32,000 bases of DNA from contig NC_013771.1 of NCBI RefSeq assembly GCF_000025125.1, forward strand, positions 870,001 to 902,000. Direction: 5' to 3'. Positions 10,012 to 18,923 of the stretch are shown here, piece by piece. Position 1 is the stretch's first letter. Each line of letters opens with the position of its first letter. The stretch comes from Candidatus Atelocyanobacterium thalassa isolate ALOHA. GTDB lineage: Bacteria > Cyanobacteriota > Cyanobacteriia > Cyanobacteriales > Microcystaceae. The notes beneath the pieces are model-generated. The model saw only the letters and a list, made by a program, of their open reading frames with translations. It ran no database searches and was not told the origin of the DNA. A program made the translations under genes and the position numbers.

Positions 10012-11676
10012 TTAGAAATCAATAGTATATTCTATTAGCAACAAAAAAATTTTTAATAATGGCATAGTTGCCATACAGCTTAATATAATTATTAACCAAT
10101 TCCCCATTCTTACATATAAAGTTTGTGTATTTCTCGCATAGATTATTCCTTTATGTATTTCGTACATATTCATTTTAGATATCCATAAAGTATCTCCATT
10201 AGGGTTGATAATAGCAGAATAACCTGTGTTGGTTACTTTAGCCATCCATCTATCAGTCTCGATTGCGCGAATTACATCCTGAGAATGATGCTGGCTAGGC
10301 ATAATTCTAGTAAAATGGGCATTATTAGAAGCCGTGACTATATATTCTCCACCTAAACTTGCTTGATATCGAAAATGTTCACTAAATGCAGATTCATAGC
10401 AAATACCCACGATGGCTTGGCTTACAGAAGTGTCAAAAACTTGTTTATTTTTTCCTGTAATTAAATGATTTTCTAACGGAGATAAATAATTAATAAGTTT
10501 TCCAAAAATATTTTCTAAAGGAATATATTCTCCCAAAGGAACTAATTTAACCTTGTCAAAACGACTTAATATTTTCCCAGTATCCGTTATTGTAAAAAGA
10601 CTATTTGTATATCCATTTTTTTGGTCACCTAATGCACCTAAGATAATGGGGACTTTATATTTCATGATTTTCTGAGATAAAGCACTATTATCAAGTACAT
10701 ATTGTATGTTAAAAGGTAAGGCAACTTCTGGGGTTATTATTAAATCAACTTTTTGTTTCGCTAGAACCTCGTAACCATAACTATAATTCTTAAGAGCTCT
10801 AACTTTTCCCTCAGGGCTTAATTTAATAGTATTAGGGATATTCCCTTGTATCATTCCAATTTTTATTTTTTTATCATTAGAATCTAAAGCCCTGTGGTTA
10901 TACAAAAATAAACCATATAAATGTGAAAATAATATAGTGATTATACTTAAAAAATTTAATAAAAAGAATTGCTTTCTATTCTTATTAATTATTAATATTG
11001 ATTCTGATATCAAACCGTTAATTGCGACAATTAGTGCTGTTACTGTGGAATAGCCAGAAAGTTTTGTTAGTTGTAGAATCGCTAAGTTGCTTGGACTTTG
11101 TGTATAAGATAGAGAAGTCCACCATAAAGGACTTTGGCTCCAAATCATTTCTAAAATACACCAAATCGCAATTCCAAAAATAATTCTCTTAAGAGACTGG
11201 AATAATGAAGATGCCAGAAATGTATTACTTTCTATACATTTACTGGTTATTTTTTTATAATTAATCTCTTTTGTTTGGTTAACAGTAAAACAACACATCA
11301 GGAATGACCAAATAAGTACTAAGACAATTCCCCAACATGTTACAAATAGCCAACAAAAAGTTGTAATTATAAAACTTGATATCCAAGAAATTCCTATCCA
11401 TGTCATAGGATGTAAACTTGTTACCCAAAATAAGCTAAAACCATGATAAGAAAAGCCCCAAACTATTGCTATTAGGGTTTTCTCGTTAATTTTCCTTCTA
11501 AGCTTTAACTTATTCTTTTTATTTTTAAATTTTTTATGTGTTATATGTTTAGTTGTTTCGGATACCAGAAATACCCACAATGGAACTAATGCTATCCATG
11601 CAAAATAAAAGTTGGAAAATGGGGCAGTAGATAATCCCATTAACAAGCCACCAAACCCTACTAATAAAATTCTCAT
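10012..11676 (-). CDS. lnt: Apolipoprotein N-acyltransferase
   Basis: A polytopic N-terminal half is followed by a CN-hydrolase domain whose E/K/C triad contexts are ITPEVALP, KVKLVPLGEYIP and GICYESAF. ATG start. Confidence 0.85.
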   Translation of the reverse strand: MRILLVGFGGLLMGLSTAPFSNFYFAWIALVPLWVFLVSETTKHITHKKFKNKKNKLKLRRKINEKTLIAIVWGFSYHGFSLFWVTSLHPMTWIGISWISSFIITTFCWLFVTCWGIVLVLIWSFLMCCFTVNQTKEINYKKITSKCIESNTFLASSLFQSLKRIIFGIAIWCILEMIWSQSPLWWTSLSYTQSPSNLAILQLTKLSGYSTVTALIVAINGLISESILIINKNRKQFFLLNFLSIITILFSHLYGLFLYNHRALDSNDKKIKIGMIQGNIPNTIKLSPEGKVRALKNYSYGYEVLAKQKVDLIITPEVALPFNIQYVLDNSALSQKIMKYKVPIILGALGDQKNGYTNSLFTITDTGKILSRFDKVKLVPLGEYIPLENIFGKLINYLSPLENHLITGKNKQVFDTSVSQAIVGICYESAFSEHFRYQASLGGEYIVTASNNAHFTRIMPSQHHSQDVIRAIETDRWMAKVTNTGYSAIINPNGDTLWISKMNMYEIHKGIIYARNTQTLYVRMGNWLIIILSCMATMPLLKIFLLLIEYTIDF

Positions 11677-11727
11677 ATGAACGTTTTAATTTTTATATCG
11701 AGATATTTTCAAACAGGAAAATTATAT

Positions 11728-12255
11728 TTAAAACATATTTTCTGCTGTTAAACAAATAGACATTGCCTTAATATGAGTAATATTTTCTACTTCTTTTATT
11801 GTAGCAATCACGCATTCAGAATAAAGTTTTGGGTTTAAACTAGAACGACAAGAATCTAATAAGGTTAATGAATTTGTTTTATTTATGTCTAAGTTAGTAT
11901 TAATATACGTTTGACTAGGGAATATTTGATAAATATTAGCAACACAATTTCCTAAATCTACAGGCCTTCTTACTTGAAAACATGCTCTTAAAGAATCATT
12001 TCCGTTGATTTGTGTTGTATTTCCTATAATACTGACACATTTAGACAATTCTTTCGGAATAAGTGCATCAGAGCAAGCAGTTGCTGCATCTTCTCCTTCT
12101 ATTTCAAATTTTTTTAATTGATTAATACAAACACTGTATTGATTCCAAGAATTTTGTGCGTTTGTATAAATATTCAACGGAATAATATAGAGATTAATGA
12201 TTAACGATCCAATACAAACTTTTAATAGATTAAATTTATGTTTAAGAAGAATCAT
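11728..12255 (-). CDS. Secreted cysteine-rich protein with a triplicated C-x5-P-x5-C module, unknown function
   Basis: 175 aa with an ATG start and a hydrophobic N-terminal signal-like segment. The mature part has 8 Cys. Three pairs have identical spacing: C61-x11-C73, C92-x11-C104 and C136-x11-C148, each with Pro at C+6 and CV after the second Cys. Confidence 0.6.
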   Translation of the reverse strand: MILLKHKFNLLKVCIGSLIINLYIIPLNIYTNAQNSWNQYSVCINQLKKFEIEGEDAATACSDALIPKELSKCVSIIGNTTQINGNDSLRACFQVRRPVDLGNCVANIYQIFPSQTYINTNLDINKTNSLTLLDSCRSSLNPKLYSECVIATIKEVENITHIKAMSICLTAENMF

Positions 12256-12527
12256 CAGGAAAAAATGAAAAATATTTGTATTTAATAAATCCTAATATTT
12301 AAAAAAAATTAAATCAACTTATTTGTTTGAATTTAAAAGAATTTTTTAAGTAATAATAAATTACATAAACAATCTTACGGAATATTATTAATCAATATAA
12401 TGTAATGAAACCTAATAAATATTCTTTTTATTGAATTTTGTATGTAAATGATTCAAGAAATTTTTAATTTAAAATAATATTTCTTTTTTCCATCTTAAAA
12501 TATGATTATTAAATAAAAAAATAAATT

Positions 12528-13328
12528 TCATAGTAGTGGATCAAGACGGAAAAAAGTAGCAACTTTTAACATATTGTTATTAATATGTAACTCTAAAATT
12601 CTTGCCACTATTCCTTGCTTTTCAAGATTTTTTAAGTTCAATTTTTCATTAATTCCTATTGTCAAAAAGTTTAAAAAACGTTTTGATAATTTTCTCTTGT
12701 TAAGAGTAGCACTCAAATTTGTTAATTTTACTAAATATCCTTTTTCAACATTAAAACCAACTTCTGTTGTAATTATTAGTTCATTTTTTGTTTTCTTAGA
12801 AGTTGAATCTTCTTCTAATTCAACTTCTAAACCTAGATAGTTCTCCCTTACAAAATTTACACGTAATGCGATGATTTTGAACTTAGGAGCTTGACGAGGT
12901 AATAAATCATTTATTAATTCTTGTAATTTAGATTTAATATTCTGTGATTCCAATGCTTCATTAAAATTTTCTTCTTTTATTGTTATTTTAAAAGCACCTT
13001 GAAATGGTTTGTTTAAAAATGACCTTAAATTTTTAGCTTTTTCTAATTGCTGAATCTTTTTAATATCAATATCAACTGAATCAGTTTCTAGTTCAAAAGA
13101 ATCTATTGTAAGATTTTTGATAACTTCAACCTTGCGACTTGCAATATAAATATGATCAACTTTACCGTTCACGATTTTATAGCTTGGCGTATTATCAATA
13201 CGAACTAGTAATTTTTCTGCATTTACAACTTGAGAGCGTAATTCATTTTCAATAACATTATCAACAATAAGTCCAATAGGCGAAATAGTAGTAATCAAAC
13301 CCGATAAAAAAATAGTGAACCATTCCAT
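12528..13328 (-). CDS. Membrane-anchored protein, DUF2993/LmeA-like (putative lipid-binding), unknown function
   Basis: 266 aa with an ATG start and an N-terminal TM (WFTIFLSGLITTISPIGLIV). LLVRIDNTPSYKIVNGKVDHIYIASRKVEV...LTIDSFELETDSVDID resembles the repeated beta-rich pattern I recall for DUF2993. Confidence 0.6.
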   Translation of the reverse strand: MEWFTIFLSGLITTISPIGLIVDNVIENELRSQVVNAEKLLVRIDNTPSYKIVNGKVDHIYIASRKVEVIKNLTIDSFELETDSVDIDIKKIQQLEKAKNLRSFLNKPFQGAFKITIKEENFNEALESQNIKSKLQELINDLLPRQAPKFKIIALRVNFVRENYLGLEVELEEDSTSKKTKNELIITTEVGFNVEKGYLVKLTNLSATLNKRKLSKRFLNFLTIGINEKLNLKNLEKQGIVARILELHINNNMLKVATFFRLDPLL

Positions 13329-13368
13329 AAAATAATGACTTTATTAGATATATTTAAATAAAAATAAA

Positions 13369-13683
13369 TTAGTCGTCTAAAATCCATTCAGAGTCTTTAT
13401 CTCTAAAGCTTAAAGGTATGCTAACAGGCTTTCCTAAACGAGGTCTTTCTTTAGTAGCTTGTAAATATGCAATAATTTCTTGTTCACTGTTCCAAGTGGT
13501 TATGTAATTAGCTACAGCATCAAGATGCTTAAAGTATTCTTGTTCTGTCATGGGGAACGATGCTTGCTCTAAGTATTTCCACATTATTTGACAAAAAAAT
13601 TGCTCTTTAACTTTTTTTAACTGTATGTCATAGGATTTACTCCATTTACTATAAATTAATTCATATAATTCTTTCCCAATCAT
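13369..13683 (-). CDS. Conserved cyanobacterial/plastid-lineage protein, DUF3067-like
   Basis: The track ORF is 13369..13695 with a GTG start. WSKSYDIQLKKV...FCQIMWKYLEQASFPMTEQEYFKHLDAVANYI...ERPRLGKPVSIPL matches my recollection of DUF3067. ATG at 13683 has AGGGGG 11 nt upstream. That same SD abuts the GTG at 13695, which makes the GTG unlikely. Confidence 0.65.
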   Translation of the reverse strand: MIGKELYELIYSKWSKSYDIQLKKVKEQFFCQIMWKYLEQASFPMTEQEYFKHLDAVANYITTWNSEQEIIAYLQATKERPRLGKPVSIPLSFRDKDSEWILDD

Positions 13684-13873
13684 ATTTTTCAGCACCCCCT
13701 AACTAAAGACCTTTCTAATAGGTTATAACAAAAGTTTAGAAAACGTGGTTAATATACATTCTAAATTATTTGATTAAACAAACTACATATAAAATAATTT
13801 TAGATGTAACCAATAATTTTTCATTAATCTTATAACTAAGTTCTAGTTTGTCGTTATTTATGCATATTAAAGT

Positions 13874-15250
13874 TTAACTAAAATACTTACAGATCTGTTC
13901 AACTAATGATTTCAGTTTAACAGAGTTAGAAGCCTTGAAAAGTATACGATCCCCTTCCGAAATATCATTAATTAACTGTTCAAATAATTTTTCTGGACTT
14001 AAACAACAAATTACTTTAATGTTTCTAACTCCATCAATATTTTTAATCCCATTAGGAATAGCTCGAGCTTCTTCATCTCTTATTAGTATGTATAGTACAT
14101 CAATTCCTAATGCTTGGGCTGTTTCCCCAACTTCACGATGAAATTGAGAAGAATTTACGCCCAATTCTTTCATCGCTCCTAAAACAGCAATATGCCTTTT
14201 CCCCGGAGTATCTTTAAGCATATTTAAGGCTGCTTTCATTGATTCCAGTCCAGCATTGTATGTTTCATCTAATAAAATGATATCTCCTGGTAAATAATTT
14301 TTTTGTGATCGTCCTTGGGGCATCTCAACTTTAATTTGTTTTGTAAATTTTTTCCAATCTAAATTTAAACTTTTGGTTACTGCTAAGGCTGCTAAATAAT
14401 TAATTGCATTATGACGACCAGATAAAGGTAAAGGAAAATTTAAACCTTCAACTCTTAAAGTTCTATCATTAATCAATTTCCCAATAATATCTCCTTTATT
14501 TAAACCATAAGTAATTGTTTTACCTTTCCATATTCGCATTGCTGTTTTCATCAGTAATTCATCATCATTGTTAAGAATAGCTATGCTATCAAGTGACATT
14601 TCGGATAATAATTCACATTTTGCTTGAGCAATAGCCTCCTTAGAGCCTAATCTTCCAATATGGGCTGTTCCAATATTAGTAATAATACCAATAGTAGGCT
14701 GAATAATTTTTGTTAATAAACGAATCTCTTCTAAGTCTCTCATGCCCATTTCAATTACAGCATAGTCATGATGTTTAGATAATTTCAGAAGAGTACGAGG
14801 TACACCAATTTCATTATTATAATTATCATAAGTCTTATGAACTTGTCCGTACATACCTAGAGAGGCAGCTATTAACTCTTTTGTGGTAGTTTTTCCAACT
14901 GATCCAGTAATAGCAATAATAGGAATTTTATATTTGTTTCTCCACCAATTCGCTATCTGTTGATAGGCTTTTAATGCGCTGCCAACAACTATATGTGAAA
15001 CCTTATATGTAGAATTTACCAGAGCTTCCTGTTCAAGAATAACAATGCTTGCCCCTTTCTCTATAGCTTCTCTAATAAATAAATGTCCATCGAAGTTCTT
15101 CCCACTCAATGCTATAAATACATCACCTTTTTGAATCTCACGAGTGTCTGTATTAATTACTTTGATATCATCAAACGATGATAAGTTAAAATAGGATTTT
15201 TGTTTTTGAAAATTACTCCCTAAAACAGTAACAAGCTCATTAACATTCAT
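13874..15250 (-). CDS. murF: UDP-N-acetylmuramoyl-tripeptide--D-alanyl-D-alanine ligase
   Basis: Mur ligase P-loop ITGSVGKTTTKE, with GDVFIALSG.NFDGH and the three-domain Mur ligase length (458 aa). ATG start. Confidence 0.92.
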   Translation of the reverse strand: MNVNELVTVLGSNFQKQKSYFNLSSFDDIKVINTDTREIQKGDVFIALSGKNFDGHLFIREAIEKGASIVILEQEALVNSTYKVSHIVVGSALKAYQQIANWWRNKYKIPIIAITGSVGKTTTKELIAASLGMYGQVHKTYDNYNNEIGVPRTLLKLSKHHDYAVIEMGMRDLEEIRLLTKIIQPTIGIITNIGTAHIGRLGSKEAIAQAKCELLSEMSLDSIAILNNDDELLMKTAMRIWKGKTITYGLNKGDIIGKLINDRTLRVEGLNFPLPLSGRHNAINYLAALAVTKSLNLDWKKFTKQIKVEMPQGRSQKNYLPGDIILLDETYNAGLESMKAALNMLKDTPGKRHIAVLGAMKELGVNSSQFHREVGETAQALGIDVLYILIRDEEARAIPNGIKNIDGVRNIKVICCLSPEKLFEQLINDISEGDRILFKASNSVKLKSLVEQICKYFS

Positions 15251-15658
15251 CTAATAGTCCTAAATATTTTGATTATGATTATTAATATTTTTATTCTTAA
15301 AAAAACAAGTAAATTTTATAGTCATCATATATCTTGGTTTAAAAGATATCAACATTTAAATAAGGATATATAAAAATATTAGTTTTCCTTCTACTTTTAA
15401 ATACTGCATTTATGTTTTATAAATTCTAACTAATTATTGTTACGTTTAATAAAAGACTACATGTTTAATATATGGTTCTTTGTATCTTTTATCTTAGGAA
15501 TAATATCGATTTTTTAATTCACAATACTTGAATAATTTTTCCACCAGGATCCTATTGAAATTTATATGGAAGAATTATTGACTTTGATATATATGTAGAA
15601 ACTTAAAAAGTTAGTAATAGTCTAATATGTACATATTATAAACTTCAAATAAATAATT

Positions 15659-17152
15659 ATGGTAAAACTTTACGAACTATTGAAAAAGGTTCCTAGTATT
15701 ATCGAAATACCAACACATAAAGCTTTAAACGAAGAAGTTAAAGGAATTTCTACCAATTCTCACTCTTGTAAGCAAGAAGAAATTTTTATTGGTATGCCAG
15801 GAACTCGTGTAGATGGAGGTGAGTTTTGGCAAAGTGCGATAAAAGCTGGTGCTGTTGCAGTTGTAATTAGTCCTCAAGCAGCCATTAAATTTCCCATAAA
15901 TGATCTTCATTGTGTAATTATTGTTGAAGATGTAATACTTACGGCGTCCGAAATTGCTACAGCTTTTTATTCTTATCCTTCTGAAGATATAAAAATGATA
16001 GGAGTAACGGGTACGAATGGTAAAACCACTACTACACACTTAATTGAATATTTTTTAACTGAATGTAAAAAAAATACTGCTCTTATCGGGACTTTGTATT
16101 CTCGTTGGAACGGTTTTAAGCAAACTTCAATTCATACCACTCCCTTTTCTCCTGAATTGCAAGCACAACTATCTCAAGCAGTAATTGATAAAAATGAATA
16201 CTGCGTAATTGAAGTCAGCTCTCATGCCTTAGTTCAAGGGAGAGTTAAAGGATGTGGTTTCAATGTAAGTATATTCACTAATTTGACACAGGATCATCTA
16301 GATTTTCATAAAAATCTAGAAAATTACTTCCTTGCAAAGCAATTATTATTTAGTCCAGAATATTTACAAGGAAAGGCAGTTGTTAATATAGATGATTCCT
16401 ATGGAGAGAGGTTGATTCAGTACCTAGGCCCTCAGAAGGTATACAGCTATAGTATTGAAAATACTATGGCTGATTTTCATACAACTAATCTTAATTACAA
16501 ACATGACCGAATTGAAGGGATCTTAAAAACACCTGGTGGAAATTTTGAATTTCAGTCTCCTTTAGTCGGTAAATTTAATTTATCAAATTTACTAGCTGCG
16601 ATCGCAACATTGTTTCATTTAAATATTGACTTAGAAACAGTTATTAACAAATTACCTCAATTTCCTGGTGTTCCTGGAAGAGTGGAAAAAATAGAAGTTA
16701 GCGAAGTACAAGATATTAGCGTAATTGTTGACTATGCCCATACCCCAGATAGTTTGGAAAATCTTTTGAAAGCTACTCGCCCTTTCATTAGTGGAAAAGT
16801 GATATGTGTTTTTGGATGTGGCGGTGATCGTGATAGAAGTAAGCGTTCAATAATGGGAAAAATATGTGCAAAATTAGCTGATATTTCAGTTTTAACTTCC
16901 GATAATCCCAGGACTGAGGAACCTGAACAAATCTTGTCCGATATATTAGAAGGCGTGCCTAAGAATGCTAACTTTTGGGTAATTAGTAATCGTACTGAAG
17001 CTATCAAAACAGCTATTTTAAAAGCTGATCCAGGAGATGGAGTTTTAATTGTAGGTAAAGGACATGAAAACTATCAAATCTTGGGTACAGAAAAAATTTA
17101 TTTTGACGATAGAGAACAAGCAAAAGAATCATTAAAAATTAGATTTCAGTAA
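15659..17152 (+). CDS. murE: UDP-N-acetylmuramoyl-L-alanyl-D-glutamate--2,6-diaminopimelate ligase
   Basis: Contains GVTGTNGKTTT, FTNLTQDHLDFH, VDYAHTPDSL and the meso-DAP-type DNPR motif (TSDNPRTEEP). It is divergent from murF across 408 bp. Confidence 0.93.
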   Translation: MVKLYELLKKVPSIIEIPTHKALNEEVKGISTNSHSCKQEEIFIGMPGTRVDGGEFWQSAIKAGAVAVVISPQAAIKFPINDLHCVIIVEDVILTASEIATAFYSYPSEDIKMIGVTGTNGKTTTTHLIEYFLTECKKNTALIGTLYSRWNGFKQTSIHTTPFSPELQAQLSQAVIDKNEYCVIEVSSHALVQGRVKGCGFNVSIFTNLTQDHLDFHKNLENYFLAKQLLFSPEYLQGKAVVNIDDSYGERLIQYLGPQKVYSYSIENTMADFHTTNLNYKHDRIEGILKTPGGNFEFQSPLVGKFNLSNLLAAIATLFHLNIDLETVINKLPQFPGVPGRVEKIEVSEVQDISVIVDYAHTPDSLENLLKATRPFISGKVICVFGCGGDRDRSKRSIMGKICAKLADISVLTSDNPRTEEPEQILSDILEGVPKNANFWVISNRTEAIKTAILKADPGDGVLIVGKGHENYQILGTEKIYFDDREQAKESLKIRFQ

Positions 17153-17246
17153 GGTATAGTAATCATGATTGAGTAGGCTATGGTTATTATATTTTACCTG
17201 CAACCTTAAAGATATATAAACCTATAGAGGTGAAAGCTTTAAACCA

Positions 17247-17280
17247 CCAAATATTTCTTTTTATCTAAGGAAATATTTGG
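17247..17280. terminator. Perfect 11-bp hairpin between convergent murE and ferredoxin genes (candidate bidirectional terminator)
   Basis: CCAAATATTTC (17247-17257) pairs perfectly with GAAATATTTGG (17270-17280) around a 12-nt loop. The downstream plus-strand sequence is T-rich (TCTTTTGTTTTTT from about 17292). Confidence 0.5.
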
Positions 17281-17433
17281 TAATAATAAAATCTTTTGTT
17301 TTTTATTCAGCAGGCTATTAAGTAAAGCTTCATCTGTTTGATATAGTTATTTTGTAAATATCATATATCTAGATTTATTGCCTGGTATTTTGTACATCTC
17401 ATGCCTTATAAATTATGAGTGTTAAAGATAATA

Positions 17434-17658
17434 TTATGACATCTCTTGATATTCTGGTCTTTCTTCAGCTATGATGGCACCTTTTACAGGACAGACTTGC
17501 AAACATATTCCACAATCAATACAAACTGAGAAATCAATCCAATACCAAGAAGTTCCTTTAAGATTTTTACCTGGACCTTCATGAATACAGGCAACGGGAC
17601 AAGCCTCTGCACAATCAGCAACTCCTTCACAAACTTTAGTAACAATAGTATGAGACAA
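17434..17658 (-). CDS. Dicluster ferredoxin, predicted [3Fe-4S][4Fe-4S] (7Fe) type
   Basis: The track ORF is 17434..17679 (ATG ATG). Motif I is C-EG-V-AD-C-AEA-CP, the canonical CxxCxxCxxxCP with the second Cys replaced by Val. Motif II, CIDCGICLQVCP, is intact. Inside the track ORF, AAGGAG (SD core at 17666-17670) sits 7 nt before TTG at 17658, which would give MSHTIVTKVCEG, a typical N-terminus for this family. Confidence 0.8.
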   Translation of the reverse strand: MSHTIVTKVCEGVADCAEACPVACIHEGPGKNLKGTSWYWIDFSVCIDCGICLQVCPVKGAIIAEERPEYQEMS

Positions 17659-17774
17659 AATCGAACTCCTTTTCATCATGTTGATGATAATTTTAAACTA
17701 TTTTATAACTATATGTTCTTAGCCTTGTTTAAATTATTTTTCATAAAACTTTGACTAATAAAATCGATTAATAC

Positions 17775-18923
17775 ATGATGTCCAAAAAAAATATAAACGT
17801 ATTATCTTCAGAATTTTTAAGTTTTGTCTTTACTTTAATTGTAGTGATTTTAGTTGCGACATATCTTTACTTTATTAAATTTGACCATAACATTACAGGA
17901 TTTTTTCGTATTGGTTCTGTTTTACCTATCTCTCCCTATCTTCACAACACAAAATTATTTATTTATCAAAAAGAAATTGGCTATGATGGTCAACAATTTT
18001 TAAATTTAGCTCTTGATCCATTTTTAAATCATCCAGAAACACTCAATTCGCTTGACCATCCAGTCTATCGTTATCGAAGAATTTTATATCCATTAATAAG
18101 TTATTTATTCTCATTAGGGAATAAATTTTTAATTCCTTACATAATGATTGGAATTAATATTATTTCAATAAGTCTGATAGTCTATATCATGGGCTTGCAC
18201 TATAAAAAAAATGAGTTTATATCTCCATATAATTCTTTATTAACTTTATGTGTTCCAAGTATTTGGATAGTACTATCTCTGGGAACATCTGACTTGCTCA
18301 GTAGCTTATTTTTAGTTACTTCTTTTTATTACTATCATAGAAATAATTATAAGCTCACAGCTTTGATGATTTCACTTGGTTGCCTAACTAGAGAAACTTT
18401 ATTGATCGCTTGGTTCTCACTCTTCATATCAAGCCTTGTAGAGAATAAACACAAACAAATACGATATTTATTGTATGGAATAATTCCTCCTACTTTATGG
18501 ACATTCTATATAACATTGTTAGATCTACCCGGGAAAACAAGAATTGATGATAATTTTGGTATTCCTTTTTTAGGTATTTTCCATAAACTTGTTAATATCC
18601 TGACAAATGGAGTTAATGTAAGTAATTTATTTGAGCTCTATATGTTTGTTGTATTACTTGCAAGTTTTATCATTATTCCTTTATCAACGATTAAAAATAA
18701 TAAGAATAATTTATTAATACAAATTTGTAATATTTTTTATGGAATAGTCTTTATGTTTAGTAGCTTCACAGTACTTGGTTATTATTTAGATTATTCAAGG
18801 GTTTTTATGGATATTTATTTTTTAATGCTATTTAATCTAAATAGTATCGAAATCTATAGAAGAAATTTTTTAATTTCTTCTATAGGTCTAGGAAGTTCTT
18901 TATTTTTAATATTTTATTCTTGA
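17775..18923 (+). CDS. Polytopic integral membrane protein (about 9-10 TM), unknown function, possibly glycopolymer or GT-C-like
   Basis: 382 aa and strongly hydrophobic throughout. The first periplasmic-looking loop carries GYDGQQFLNLALDPF...DHPVYRYRRILYP, a motif I recall only vaguely from uncharacterised surface-glycopolymer membrane proteins. Confidence 0.55.
   Translation: MMSKKNINVLSSEFLSFVFTLIVVILVATYLYFIKFDHNITGFFRIGSVLPISPYLHNTKLFIYQKEIGYDGQQFLNLALDPFLNHPETLNSLDHPVYRYRRILYPLISYLFSLGNKFLIPYIMIGINIISISLIVYIMGLHYKKNEFISPYNSLLTLCVPSIWIVLSLGTSDLLSSLFLVTSFYYYHRNNYKLTALMISLGCLTRETLLIAWFSLFISSLVENKHKQIRYLLYGIIPPTLWTFYITLLDLPGKTRIDDNFGIPFLGIFHKLVNILTNGVNVSNLFELYMFVVLLASFIIIPLSTIKNNKNNLLIQICNIFYGIVFMFSSFTVLGYYLDYSRVFMDIYFLMLFNLNSIEIYRRNFLISSIGLGSSLFLIFYS

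Noticed and set aside
12214-12255. Possible lipobox (LKVC) in the N-terminus of the Cys-repeat protein, tempting because lnt is adjacent
   Set aside because: Lys at -2 and Val at -1 do not fit the L-[AS]-[GA]-C consensus. A signal peptidase I site after TNA is more plausible.
12574-12840. 88-aa plus-strand ORF
   Set aside because: It is antisense inside the DUF2993-like gene. It is F/K/S/I-rich low-complexity translation of AT-rich DNA.
13935-14141. 68-aa plus-strand ORF
   Set aside because: It is antisense inside murF, which has unambiguous Mur ligase motifs.
15461-15517. 18-codon hydrophobic ORF (MFNIWFFVSFILGIISIF) in the murF/murE spacer
   Set aside because: It has no SD. F/I-rich peptides are the default translation of T-rich DNA, and nothing distinguishes it from chance.
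15725-16039. 104-aa minus-strand ORF
   Set aside because: It is antisense inside murE and has no motifs.
16732-17007. 91-aa minus-strand ORF
   Set aside because: It is antisense inside the murE 3' half and has no motifs.
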